NCBI GenBank assembly: GCA_910577645.1
Contig: CAJTOL010000017.1
Coordinates: 696 to 64,695 of the forward strand
From: an uncultured Lachnospiraceae bacterium
Lineage (GTDB): Bacteria > Bacillota > Clostridia > Lachnospirales > Lachnospiraceae
Reading direction: 5' to 3'
Length of the DNA: 64,000 nucleotides
Below are positions 35,288 to 44,468 of the stretch, piece after piece. Position 1 is the stretch's first letter; each line of letters begins with the position of its first letter. The notes below the pieces were generated by a model that saw nothing but the letters and a program-made list of their open reading frames with translations, made no database searches and was not told the DNA's origin. Made by a program: the position numbers and the translations under genes.

Positions 35288-37975
35288 TCACTCCCACTCA
35301 ATATCACGCATATGATCCAGCACCGTCAAATACGTATTTTTATGGAGGGCAATGTAATTGCTCTGGTATTCCTGAAGCCGTCCACTTTTAAACTCTTCCA
35401 CAAGGGCCTCATCTGTCCGTTCCAGGTACATTTTCTTCAGAGCATCTCCATCATAGTACTTTAAGGCAAATGCTTTTATTTCTTCATATTCCGCGCAAAT
35501 CTTATCTTTTTCCGTTGTAAGCAGCTCTATTTTTTTATCGATCTGCTCCAGCTTCTCCGGCTTCTTTTCTTTTTTTTCCTTCTCTTTCTCAATTTGCTCT
35601 TCTAGCGTTATAATGCTGTCCTTGTAGTCCTTATGGATTTTTTCAACATTAAGCTTTTGCGGAGCGTATTCCAGTGTAAATAATTCATTAGGCAGTTCCT
35701 TTTCTCCCCGTTTTGTCCGCTTATATCCAATATTTTCCGCCTCTGCCATAAACACTTTATAGGTGGTTCTGGGGGCAACTTCCCCAAATACCCACCAGGT
35801 ATTTACATATCCAAAGCTCTCTTTGGTGTCTTTATCAGTGGTACACAAACTTTCTAATTCTCCCCGGTATTTTTCCATCAGCTCGTCTGCGGAAAGCTTG
35901 CTGTCATTGTCCGTTATATATCCCTTCAGCATCCGGCACAGGGTCGCTTTTTCATCATCCCAGGTCATCTCTTTAATTGACGGCAGCTTGTCTTTTTCTT
36001 TCAGACCGTCATGAACTGCCAGAAGATTTTCCACCCGGGTTTTTAGCTTGGAATACTCATTGGATGCAAGACTCCACAGATTATTCCATGCAGTAACCTC
36101 TGCCGCCGTCTTCTTCTGGGCAAACAAAATGCTGGTTTTGGTTGAAGTATATGGTTCAAAAGCTAATTGAGGCAGGGAAACTACTGCTTTGATCTTAAAA
36201 TATTTATAAAGGAACAAACGGATATACTTATTTTCCGTTGTATCAAAAACACTTTCCGGAAGAACCGCCGCCAATCGCCCATTTTCCCGCAAAAGCTGAT
36301 ACCATCGTTCAATAAAGAGATTTTCTGAGTTTTTCTTTTCTCCGAATATAAAGCTCTTTTTAATCGTCTTCTTTGTATCATTATCCAGGTTTACGCTAAA
36401 GGGCGGATTGGTCAAAATCAGATCAAAATTCCCGTTTACCATTTTTCCATAATACAGGGACGCCTCGTTGCCGTCATGCATAACGTTTGGGCCGGTTTCT
36501 TTTTGATATTGCTCGAAAGGAAGCAGGCCGTCTTTTACAAAGATATTGGTGGAACCGTCTCCGTGGAGAATCATATTTACCTTAGCCGCAGTGCCCAGAT
36601 TAAAATTGGATTCCACCCCGTAAATATAGGTCTGAGCCCATTTATTTTCCCGATGATCCGGATAAAACCAGTCGGACTCTACTTTATCTTTGACTGCTCT
36701 GGTGGTGCCCAATTCCTGGCGGAACCGGTACTTCATGTTTTCAGTTATGAATTTCATGTATTCAATTAAAAATGTACCGCTGCCTGCAGAAGGATCCACC
36801 ATATAAGGGATCTCCTTATCCGCCTTTATCCGTTTAATCGCCAGCCTGTCTGCCTGGATTGCCCACAGCATAAAACGTACAATATTGACATGAGTGAAAA
36901 ACTGCCCTTTACTCTGTTTAAATCCACCGCGGATAATGCCCTCAAAGAATTCTCCCAGAATATCTTTTCCGCTGAGACTATTTTTCCCGTCAACAAAAGA
37001 AAGCCCTTCCAGCTTTTGAACGGCATATTTTAATTTAGACAGAGAAAATTTTTTGGTATCAATCACATAGGATTTTGCCAGCTCCGTCTCATCCGCTATA
37101 TACATCTTTGCTCTTAATGCATCTTGATAAAGGCCGTTAATGCGCTCAAAAAGCTGGTCATTGGTTTCAAACGCTTCGTCTCCTTCTTTTTCAAAGGTAA
37201 GCGCCTGAAATTTATATTTTTCCCCGCTTTCTGTGGTATCTTCGTCCTGAATTTTTGCGAGAATCAGATTGGTTAAGGAGGAAAACACTTCGTTATCATC
37301 CGTTCCTCCGCCGCCCCACAAAACGTTATGTAAATCTGTCTGGAGCTGATTTAGCATTTCACCGGAAAAATTAGTTTCCAGATCCTTATCAGAATCCCTT
37401 ACATATGGTTTGTGCTGTGCCTTTCCATAGCAGGAAGGAAGATCATTGGTGTAATTTCGTGAGCTCTCCCAATCTGCAAATGTTGGATACAGATCCGTAT
37501 CTATAATGATACACTCATCTGAAACCCGATCTTCTGTCTGGGAAATTGTGTATAGAACCAGATATTTTACTTTGTGGTTCTCTGCATTTTCCATAAAGGA
37601 AACTTTGTATAATTGCTCCTCAATGGTTTTGTCTTTATCAATTACACGGTAATCCTCCGGGCTTTTTACCTCTATAAACAAAAAGGCATCGCCTTTTGCA
37701 TCCCGGACAATAATATCAATACGGCTTGTATTGGTATGGGGACGTCCTGCGGTGTATTCTCTTTCAATTTCTATCCGCTCCGCAGGATATCCCAATTCAT
37801 TGACAAGTCTTGTCAAAATAAAGGCCCGGGTCATTTCTTCGTCACCTGAGCAGTCATTTATGGTTCTTCTCTGAATAATGCCGTCATATGCTACCTTACT
37901 TTTATCCAGCTCCAATTTTGCTACTACTTTTACCACCTGGCTGTCAATATAGATTTTTATAAGCTCTCTGTTCAT
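35288..37975 (-). CDS. Fused PD-(D/E)xK nuclease (HSDR_N-like) and gamma-class N6-adenine DNA methyltransferase (BcgI-like type IIB/IIG R-M subunit)
   Basis: N-terminal SRIDIIV...FIEVK (D87, E102, K104; 37664..37717). SAM motif VDPSAGSGTF and catalytic NPPF (36398..36409). A coiled-coil C-terminal extension follows. No helicase-type HsdR is nearby. Confidence 0.75.
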   Translation of the reverse strand: MNRELIKIYIDSQVVKVVAKLELDKSKVAYDGIIQRRTINDCSGDEEMTRAFILTRLVNELGYPAERIEIEREYTAGRPHTNTSRIDIIVRDAKGDAFLFIEVKSPEDYRVIDKDKTIEEQLYKVSFMENAENHKVKYLVLYTISQTEDRVSDECIIIDTDLYPTFADWESSRNYTNDLPSCYGKAQHKPYVRDSDKDLETNFSGEMLNQLQTDLHNVLWGGGGTDDNEVFSSLTNLILAKIQDEDTTESGEKYKFQALTFEKEGDEAFETNDQLFERINGLYQDALRAKMYIADETELAKSYVIDTKKFSLSKLKYAVQKLEGLSFVDGKNSLSGKDILGEFFEGIIRGGFKQSKGQFFTHVNIVRFMLWAIQADRLAIKRIKADKEIPYMVDPSAGSGTFLIEYMKFITENMKYRFRQELGTTRAVKDKVESDWFYPDHRENKWAQTYIYGVESNFNLGTAAKVNMILHGDGSTNIFVKDGLLPFEQYQKETGPNVMHDGNEASLYYGKMVNGNFDLILTNPPFSVNLDNDTKKTIKKSFIFGEKKNSENLFIERWYQLLRENGRLAAVLPESVFDTTENKYIRLFLYKYFKIKAVVSLPQLAFEPYTSTKTSILFAQKKTAAEVTAWNNLWSLASNEYSKLKTRVENLLAVHDGLKEKDKLPSIKEMTWDDEKATLCRMLKGYITDNDSKLSADELMEKYRGELESLCTTDKDTKESFGYVNTWWVFGEVAPRTTYKVFMAEAENIGYKRTKRGEKELPNELFTLEYAPQKLNVEKIHKDYKDSIITLEEQIEKEKEKKEKKPEKLEQIDKKIELLTTEKDKICAEYEEIKAFALKYYDGDALKKMYLERTDEALVEEFKSGRLQEYQSNYIALHKNTYLTVLDHMRDIEWE

Positions 37976-38077
37976 CTGAATTCCTCGCTTGGGCTTTACA
38001 CTTTTGGTAATTGGATTTCCTGTCTTTTTAGTTTAGCATACCCGGCTTATTTTTTCTACCGCCTGTTTTCCGGCCTT

Positions 38078-40288
38078 TTAACACAGACAGGATCGGCTGC
38101 TGCCTGGCTCTCCTTCTATAAAGCAGCTTCCTTCTCCTTCAAACATCAGGCTGAGCCTGTGAAGAGCCCTGGTACATTCTACGTAGAGAAGGTTTTTATC
38201 ATCTGGACTATAATAATTTTCTGCATCCCCATCACACACCATAACCGCGTCAAACTCCAGTCCCTTTGCCAGGCAAACCGGCATAAGGAAGGTTCCCTTA
38301 ATGCTTTCTGTGTCCTGATCGGTCCTGAGCTGTACGGCTATTCTGGATTTTAAATCCTCGTATAACCTGGCCGCATTTTTTTGAGTTTTGCATATGAGAC
38401 ATATAGTCTCCAGTCCTTTTTCCCGGCAAATGGATACCTCCTGTACAATTTCCTGCAGCAGCTCCTCATGGGAGGCGGCAGAAACGATCTTGGGCTGGTC
38501 GCCGCTTCGGTTAAAGCTTTCCACATTCAGCTCTTGTTTTAAAAACTGCTGGCTGAATTTAAGGATTTCATTTGTACACCGGAAGCTTTTATTTAAAGTA
38601 ACCAGGGTTGACTTCTTTTTTTCTAAAATCTCCTGTATTTGCTCATATAATGACAGGGTTTCGCTCTTTCCCAGTGTTTGGCAGATATCTCCCAAAACAG
38701 TAAATTTCCCGTTTGGAAAAAGCATACGGAATACTACATATTGAAGAGGATAATAGTCCTGAGCTTCATCAATAACCACCTGGCGGATATTCCGGTATTC
38801 CCCTGTTCCATAAAGCTTTAAATACAAATAAGCCGCAGCAATGGCATCATCATAATATACACGGCCTGACTGAAGATTTTCCCTGGTGTATTCTGCAATA
38901 TTTTCAGCCATCTGCCGCGCTTTGTCATTTCTCAGCCAATTATTTTTCCAGTCTTCCAGAAAGCTTTCTTCCAGGAACAATTTTCCATACAAATCTACAA
39001 CGTCAATCCGGCAAAACTTTTGTATCTGCTCCTTTACCTGCCTGCGTCCTTCCCTATCTTCCCTCTTTTTAGCTGTTCCGAAAATGCGTTCCAAAACGTA
39101 GTCTTCCACCTGCTCAAGCCGCACTCCAAGGGGGACATCCGGCCTTCTCAATATCCACGCCTGCAGTTCTTCTCCTGTAATCACCTGCTGTCCATGATAG
39201 GAAATATCCCCAAATTTCATCCAAACCATAGGAATTTCCAACACAAAACGATCCAGAATTTCCTGAAAAACTTTTGAGGTTTTAAATTCCATACTGGCTT
39301 TTACCAGTTCTTTATAGGAGTTATTGGTAACTGCCTGCTCCAGAAATTCATTTTTAGGCTGAAGCTTCTTTCCCTGAAGCAATGTTTTTAAAAGATCATC
39401 AAATACAATCGAGTGAATATCTTCTTCCCCAAGCTCGGGAAGGACATCTGAAATATACTGTTCAAAGGTGTTGTTGGGAGAAATAATCAAGATATTGTCG
39501 GAAGAAAGTTTTGCCTGCTGCAGGCCCTGATACATCAAATATGCGGCCCGGTGAAGGGCAATGGAAGTTTTTCCGCTTCCTGCGATTCCCTGTACCATCA
39601 AAAGGTCGCTTCCCATATCCCGAATCACCGTATCCTGTTCCTTTTGGATAGTCTCTACCACTGCTTTCATTTTGGGGGAAGTGTTTTTTGACAGTAACTG
39701 CCGCAAAAATTCATCGCTGATATTTCTGTCTGTATCAAAATAGTATTGCAGCTTTTGATTTTTAATCTCATATTGCCGCTTTAATGTAACGGTTCCGTCT
39801 ATCCGTCCTCCTGCCGCATCATAACAGGCAGGCCCTGTCATAAAACGGTAAAAAACGCTGGCAATCGGGGAACGCCAGTCATAAACCAGAATTTCCCTGG
39901 AGGTCTTTTTACTTAGAGATGACCGGCCAATATAGATTTCTTCCGGCGACTCTTCCTCTTCAAATTGAAAATCGATTCTGGCAAAATAAGGGTGTTCTAT
40001 AATATTCTCCAGGCGGCGTATGTTTCGTATCTCTTCTTCATAGTCTGCAATACTCTCTGTAACAGGATCATGCAGCTGGTTCAGCTCCACCAATGCCTCA
40101 AAATCGTCTGAGCTGTAAAGATTGGTAAAGCCATGGGAAGAATCCTCAAATACTGCCTTTTTCGCTTCTGTAATTCCCGCCTTCTTTTCCTCTGCTGCTT
40201 TCCTTGCCTGCCGCAGCTGTTCGTTTGCAGCGGCAATGGTTTCTTCCAAACGGTTCTCTTCGTACATCTGTTCAGACTGATTATTCAA
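38078..40288 (-). CDS. helD: HelD-type UvrD-like helicase (RNA polymerase-associated helicase IV family)
   Basis: N-terminal coiled coil, then HPYFARIDF...IYIGR...YDWRSPIA, Walker A GIAGSGKTS, DEAQDY, and C-terminal 1B/2A motifs. The TTG start at 40288 sits behind GGAGG. Confidence 0.8.
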   Translation of the reverse strand: MNNQSEQMYEENRLEETIAAANEQLRQARKAAEEKKAGITEAKKAVFEDSSHGFTNLYSSDDFEALVELNQLHDPVTESIADYEEEIRNIRRLENIIEHPYFARIDFQFEEEESPEEIYIGRSSLSKKTSREILVYDWRSPIASVFYRFMTGPACYDAAGGRIDGTVTLKRQYEIKNQKLQYYFDTDRNISDEFLRQLLSKNTSPKMKAVVETIQKEQDTVIRDMGSDLLMVQGIAGSGKTSIALHRAAYLMYQGLQQAKLSSDNILIISPNNTFEQYISDVLPELGEEDIHSIVFDDLLKTLLQGKKLQPKNEFLEQAVTNNSYKELVKASMEFKTSKVFQEILDRFVLEIPMVWMKFGDISYHGQQVITGEELQAWILRRPDVPLGVRLEQVEDYVLERIFGTAKKREDREGRRQVKEQIQKFCRIDVVDLYGKLFLEESFLEDWKNNWLRNDKARQMAENIAEYTRENLQSGRVYYDDAIAAAYLYLKLYGTGEYRNIRQVVIDEAQDYYPLQYVVFRMLFPNGKFTVLGDICQTLGKSETLSLYEQIQEILEKKKSTLVTLNKSFRCTNEILKFSQQFLKQELNVESFNRSGDQPKIVSAASHEELLQEIVQEVSICREKGLETICLICKTQKNAARLYEDLKSRIAVQLRTDQDTESIKGTFLMPVCLAKGLEFDAVMVCDGDAENYYSPDDKNLLYVECTRALHRLSLMFEGEGSCFIEGEPGSSRSCLC

Positions 40289-40484
40289 TACAACATTCCT
40301 CCATATTCTCTTATCTTCTACAGGGCGTCATCTGGTACTTCTTATCCGGCGCAGACAGGCAAGAAGCTGCCCTGCCGGAACTGTTACATAAATTTAACAC
40401 AAGCGCCACTGTAAAACCAGTCTTGTTATTGAGAAATTGGTGTGGTATGATGAGGGTGAGGGGATTAAAAATAGCGTTACCCCT

Positions 40485-40763
40485 CTACCCACTGAGAATG
40501 TTCTTATTCTCTTCAAAAAAATCGCTAAATTCTTTTAGCTCTTTTTTCCGGTTCTCTGAAAGGCTGTTGAACTCCATATTGCAAATTGCTCCCTCTAATG
40601 CGTACAGATGTACCAGGCAGACCTGCGGATATGTTTCCTTTAGTTTTAAAAATGCCTGCTCAGCGCCTAACCGGGTAAGTTCCTCCGGTGAATCAATCCC
40701 AACAGAGAGCAGTTTTTTAGCCATTTCCTTACCGATATTCATCATAGATGTTAACTCCGCCAT
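40485..40763 (-). CDS. TfoX C-terminal-domain protein
   Basis: 92 aa. MNIGKEMAKKLLSVGIDSPEELTRLGAEQAFLKLK is the TfoX_C helix-hairpin-helix pattern. Start is ATG 40763 behind GAAGGAGAA. Confidence 0.65.
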   Translation of the reverse strand: MAELTSMMNIGKEMAKKLLSVGIDSPEELTRLGAEQAFLKLKETYPQVCLVHLYALEGAICNMEFNSLSENRKKELKEFSDFFEENKNILSG

Positions 40764-40839
40764 ATTTTCTCCTTCCCGTTCTATCGGCGCGCCCGCCTGA
40801 CAGTACGTCAGAATATATTCCGGCTGTGAAGCTTTTGTT

Positions 40840-41745
40840 TCACAACCGTTCTTCCCCCTTTGCTGCTGCCTGAATACCTGCGATTGCACCGTCGGCAACT
40901 GCTGTAGCCACTTGTCTCACTTTTTTTACACGAATATCTCCCGCCGCAAATACCCCGGGGATTTTCGTCTGCATAGAATCATCAACTGGAATATATCCCC
41001 CATCTAATCTCAATTCTGTGTACATCTGCGTATTCGGAACAATCCCTGCGTATACGAATACCCCGCACTCTGAATCTTTTACGATCTGCTTTTTTCCTGT
41101 TTTGTTATCTGTAAATTCAAGCGCTTCTACTGCTTCGCTGCCATATATAGCAGTAAGGCTTGAATGTGGCATGATTTCAATATTTTCATGAGTAACTACT
41201 TTATCTCTGAATTCCTGTATACATGCAAGTTCCTCTTCCACACATACAATCATTACTTTTGCTGCTATGTCAGCCAGATAAAGTGCCTCCTTTACTGCTC
41301 CATCTGCTCCGCCAATGACATAAACATTCTTTCCTTTATAATCCATACCATCTTTAAGCGCGTTTAATCTGACTCCCTTCAGGCTTTCCCCCGGAATGTC
41401 CAGCATACGGCCAGAACCGCCATTTGCCAAAATTAACGTCTTTGATTCGTAACTTTCTTTGTTGGTCACTACTTTCTTTATTTCACCTGTAAGCTTTGTT
41501 TCTATCACAGTTTCATAACGAATCTCCACACCTGCCTTTAGCGCCTGCTCTTTCATTCGTTCCGCAAATGTATTGCCAGATTCTCCTTGCGCGACTGCTG
41601 TATAGTGGGTAACGGTAGATACTGTTCCTATTAAACCGCCTACCTGTCTTTTTTCCAGCACCAAAACTCTTTTTCCTCTGCTTTTTCCGTAAACAGCCGC
41701 ACTGATACCGGCCGGGCCTGCGCCAATAATAATTATATCGTACAT
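40840..41745 (-). CDS. Thioredoxin-reductase-like FAD oxidoreductase lacking the redox-active CxxC
   Basis: DIIIIGAGPAGISAA, VYVIGGADGAVKEA and GVFAAGD give a TrxB fold. NALK (41353..41364) replaces CATC, and CVEE replaces HRRD. Start is ATG 41745 behind AGGAGG. Confidence 0.8.
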   Translation of the reverse strand: MYDIIIIGAGPAGISAAVYGKSRGKRVLVLEKRQVGGLIGTVSTVTHYTAVAQGESGNTFAERMKEQALKAGVEIRYETVIETKLTGEIKKVVTNKESYESKTLILANGGSGRMLDIPGESLKGVRLNALKDGMDYKGKNVYVIGGADGAVKEALYLADIAAKVMIVCVEEELACIQEFRDKVVTHENIEIMPHSSLTAIYGSEAVEALEFTDNKTGKKQIVKDSECGVFVYAGIVPNTQMYTELRLDGGYIPVDDSMQTKIPGVFAAGDIRVKKVRQVATAVADGAIAGIQAAAKGEERL

Positions 41746-41940
41746 TTCTGTAGCCTCCTTATTTCCTGTCAATTCAATCATTATTCCCAACCGCCCTTAA
41801 ATTCATTCGTTTCTAAATTTTTCGTTGATAACCGGTAACTTTTCAGGTTTCTGTCATATTGGGGAATTTTGATTATACCTATTTTGTAGCAGGCGGAATC
41901 TGCAGGCAAGTCTAGCATATTATATGGGCGCAGACTTCCA
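40859..41940. repeat. Left copy of a diverged direct repeat (trxB-like gene + upstream intergenic region + relic of the araC-like 5' end)
   Basis: It aligns by eye with 52884..53600, with roughly 80-90% identity in aligned blocks. The relic of the AraC N-terminal coding sequence is at 41861..41940 and corresponds to 53521..53600. Confidence 0.8.
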
Positions 41941-42002
41941 AATTAGACAGACTTGCGGATTTCCTTACTGATATGATCCTTTAAATAAGTAAATGTGTTT
42001 TC

Positions 42003-42391
42003 TTACTTTATTTTTTCTTTTATTATTAAAACAGTTTCTTCAATAGATAAATCCGTGGTATCTATAACATTGAGTTCGTAATTATCCTGTGCGGTTTTCA
42101 CCCAAGGGTCTAAAAACCAGGGGCCGATGATCCCGTCTACCATTACATCATATCCTCCCCGCACGTAGCGTTTCGCTGCTTCTAAAAAGGCTTCGATAAC
42201 CATTAGATTTTGTTCCTGGGATTCCGGTAAATACGGCGGAATTGCGCCCTTGAAGAGGTAATGGTAGAAGTCGTCTGTGTGCATATGTACAGACTTGGTT
42301 AAACTGGATTCTCTCGCAAGTATGGATGCGGTTGTGATTTTCCGATTCCAGGTGTTCCGATAATGATAACGATTCTTCCTTGTTTTATTCC
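42003..42391 (-). pseudogene. Frameshifted small P-loop kinase/AAA-type ATPase (CPT/zeta-like size class)
   Basis: Walker A IVIIIGTPGIGKS (42335..42358) is in a different frame from the 93-aa ORF 42003..42284 (HTDDFYHYL...DGIIGPWF). No ATG start is evident. Confidence 0.6.
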
Positions 42392-42395
42392 TTTT

Positions 42396-44354
42396 CTATT
42401 TTTTATAGTCTTCTGCATAAGCAGACTCAAATGAGCGCTTCGCTTTTTCTAAATCATTAATTAGCAATTTCATTCCATATCTTTTTATCAAATCCTCAAT
42501 ATTATTACTATCTCCTAAGCTCTCAAGGATTTTTTCTACTGTTTCAATATCGGATTCTATGCCTTCTCTAATACCCTCTCTCCGTAAAGCATACAGCAAA
42601 AAATTTCTAAAATAATATAAATTCTCTGCATCTGAGTTTTGAATTATTTGTGTCCATTTACCTGCTTCTATACCTAAAAACACTCCTCTTTTCCAATATT
42701 TTTTTGTTTCATTTGTTAATACATAGTTATATAATAATCTTCCCCACTCTTCTCTTTTCTCAAGAATATTCTCAATAGTTTCATTCCTAATTGGGCATTC
42801 TATACTCTCTAATTCGCGATTGATACTTATTACTAATTGCTTGTATTCATCAACGAATTCTATATCTTCAATCATATACCATTCCTCTGAGAGAAGTTCG
42901 TTTTTCTGCTTCAAATCTTTTTTAATGCACTCAACTGCTTGAGAAAGTGATTGCTCTGAAACTCCAAGATGTTGCAATTGCATCAGTACTAATAATATCT
43001 TTCTATACGAATTTTCATGATACCCTCCCCCTTCCAATTTCCGTATAATTTCGCCAATTATTTTTTCTGCCTGTACTTGTGTCATTATATACCATTTATT
43101 ATATAATTGGTTTAGAGGATCATCAGCTGGCAATTTCTCAAATAATTCTTCTTTAATGTACTGGCCGATTTCTTTCTCTAATACATCCAGTTCAAGGTTA
43201 CTGTTTTCAACATATTCTTTAATTGATTGAAGTCTAAGCTTTTTACCATATACTGGGTTTTCAGTTTCATTTACATTTGCTTTAAACTCAACACATATAT
43301 CAAAGCAATTTTGAACTATAAATTTCAGTGTCTCATTTTTATAGTTCTTGTCTATGTTAATTTGATCCAGCTTAGGATACAGATATTCTATCTTAGACAA
43401 AAAAAATTGAAATGTTCTAAAATTTAGATGATCATATTCCTCCATTTTATTTATAAAGTTCCGGACATTTCCATTTAAGTGTTCCTGCAACTGTTTGTCC
43501 CCTTTAAAGTCACTAATCAAACGATGCATAATTGCTGAACTGTCAGGATTGTAGTGAATTATCACACCAATTAGCTTTTCACGAATCCTTTTGTACTGTT
43601 CATCCCATTCTGCATCGAAAAAAATTTTACTTCTCCTTCGTTCTAATTCATCAAGAGAAAACTCTTTTATCGGTTTATTTATCTTTTCTGCAATTCCAAA
43701 AGGCTCCTTATCTGGAATTAAAATATTAGCTTGAGCAGCCACCAAATTCTGCCATTCTCTATATTCCCGTTTTTTCAACTGCCCTATTTCTTTTTCATTT
43801 GCAACTAAAATAACTTTCGCACTCTCATGTTCCACTAAACTGTTAATATATCCCAAAATATCGTTAATTGGACAATCACATCGTTCCAGGTCGTCAAAAA
43901 TAAAAATGTGTTTATTAAGTGAGACAAATTCTGCAACCATTTCAAAATCTTTCCCCGCAAAGCCAACCTTTTGCATAACAGTTCCAACCAACTTTTTGGT
44001 CATAGTTAGAACAACTCTTTGACTTTTTTCTCTTTTTTCTGCCATTTCACCATACACTGTTTTTGTTGGAATATTCGTCTGTACCTGCTCTTTCAATTCA
44101 AAAATTTTTTTATCTAAAATACTCCAGTATACATTCTTCTCTACATCCTCTACCGACTCACATCCGTATAATGAAATATATTTAATATCTCTCCTCCTAT
44201 TTTTTTCCTCGTATTCTTTAATAGCTGATGTTAAATCATGTAAAACAAAGTGCGTTTTTCCGCATCCCCAGTTTCCATCAATCATTATCGCGTATCTATA
44301 ATTTTCGTCTTCCAAATACCGTTTCACTTCATTAATAATTTGCTCACTCTGCAT
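42396..44354 (-). CDS. KAP-family P-loop NTPase
   Basis: Walker A is AIMIDGNWGCGKTHF (44253..44276). Walker B is HIFIFDDLERC (DD at 43890..43895). A long helical C-terminal region follows. AT-rich. Confidence 0.8.
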   Translation of the reverse strand: MQSEQIINEVKRYLEDENYRYAIMIDGNWGCGKTHFVLHDLTSAIKEYEEKNRRRDIKYISLYGCESVEDVEKNVYWSILDKKIFELKEQVQTNIPTKTVYGEMAEKREKSQRVVLTMTKKLVGTVMQKVGFAGKDFEMVAEFVSLNKHIFIFDDLERCDCPINDILGYINSLVEHESAKVILVANEKEIGQLKKREYREWQNLVAAQANILIPDKEPFGIAEKINKPIKEFSLDELERRRSKIFFDAEWDEQYKRIREKLIGVIIHYNPDSSAIMHRLISDFKGDKQLQEHLNGNVRNFINKMEEYDHLNFRTFQFFLSKIEYLYPKLDQINIDKNYKNETLKFIVQNCFDICVEFKANVNETENPVYGKKLRLQSIKEYVENSNLELDVLEKEIGQYIKEELFEKLPADDPLNQLYNKWYIMTQVQAEKIIGEIIRKLEGGGYHENSYRKILLVLMQLQHLGVSEQSLSQAVECIKKDLKQKNELLSEEWYMIEDIEFVDEYKQLVISINRELESIECPIRNETIENILEKREEWGRLLYNYVLTNETKKYWKRGVFLGIEAGKWTQIIQNSDAENLYYFRNFLLYALRREGIREGIESDIETVEKILESLGDSNNIEDLIKRYGMKLLINDLEKAKRSFESAYAEDYKK

Positions 44355-44468
44355 ATCTACCTCAATTCCTCTCTAATCAAAGCAAACTTTCTTTGTTGCT
44401 GATAAAATCACTTTTTCTTTTAAAATTCATGCCTTTTCTTACCTCATTGCAAAAATCCTCTTTTGGTT

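Noticed and set aside
38078-40288. HelD as the missing translocase or helicase partner of the adjacent R-M genes.
   Set aside because: The sequence shows the HelD-specific N-terminal coiled coil and the RNAP-binding-type layout. Its base composition resembles the core genome rather than the AT-rich R-M block. A 100-nt gap with its own RBS and start suggests an independent housekeeping gene.
40400-40484. The hairpin GAGGGG...CCCCTC downstream of the TfoX-C gene as a terminator.
   Set aside because: The stem is short and no T-run follows on the minus strand. It is too weak to annotate.
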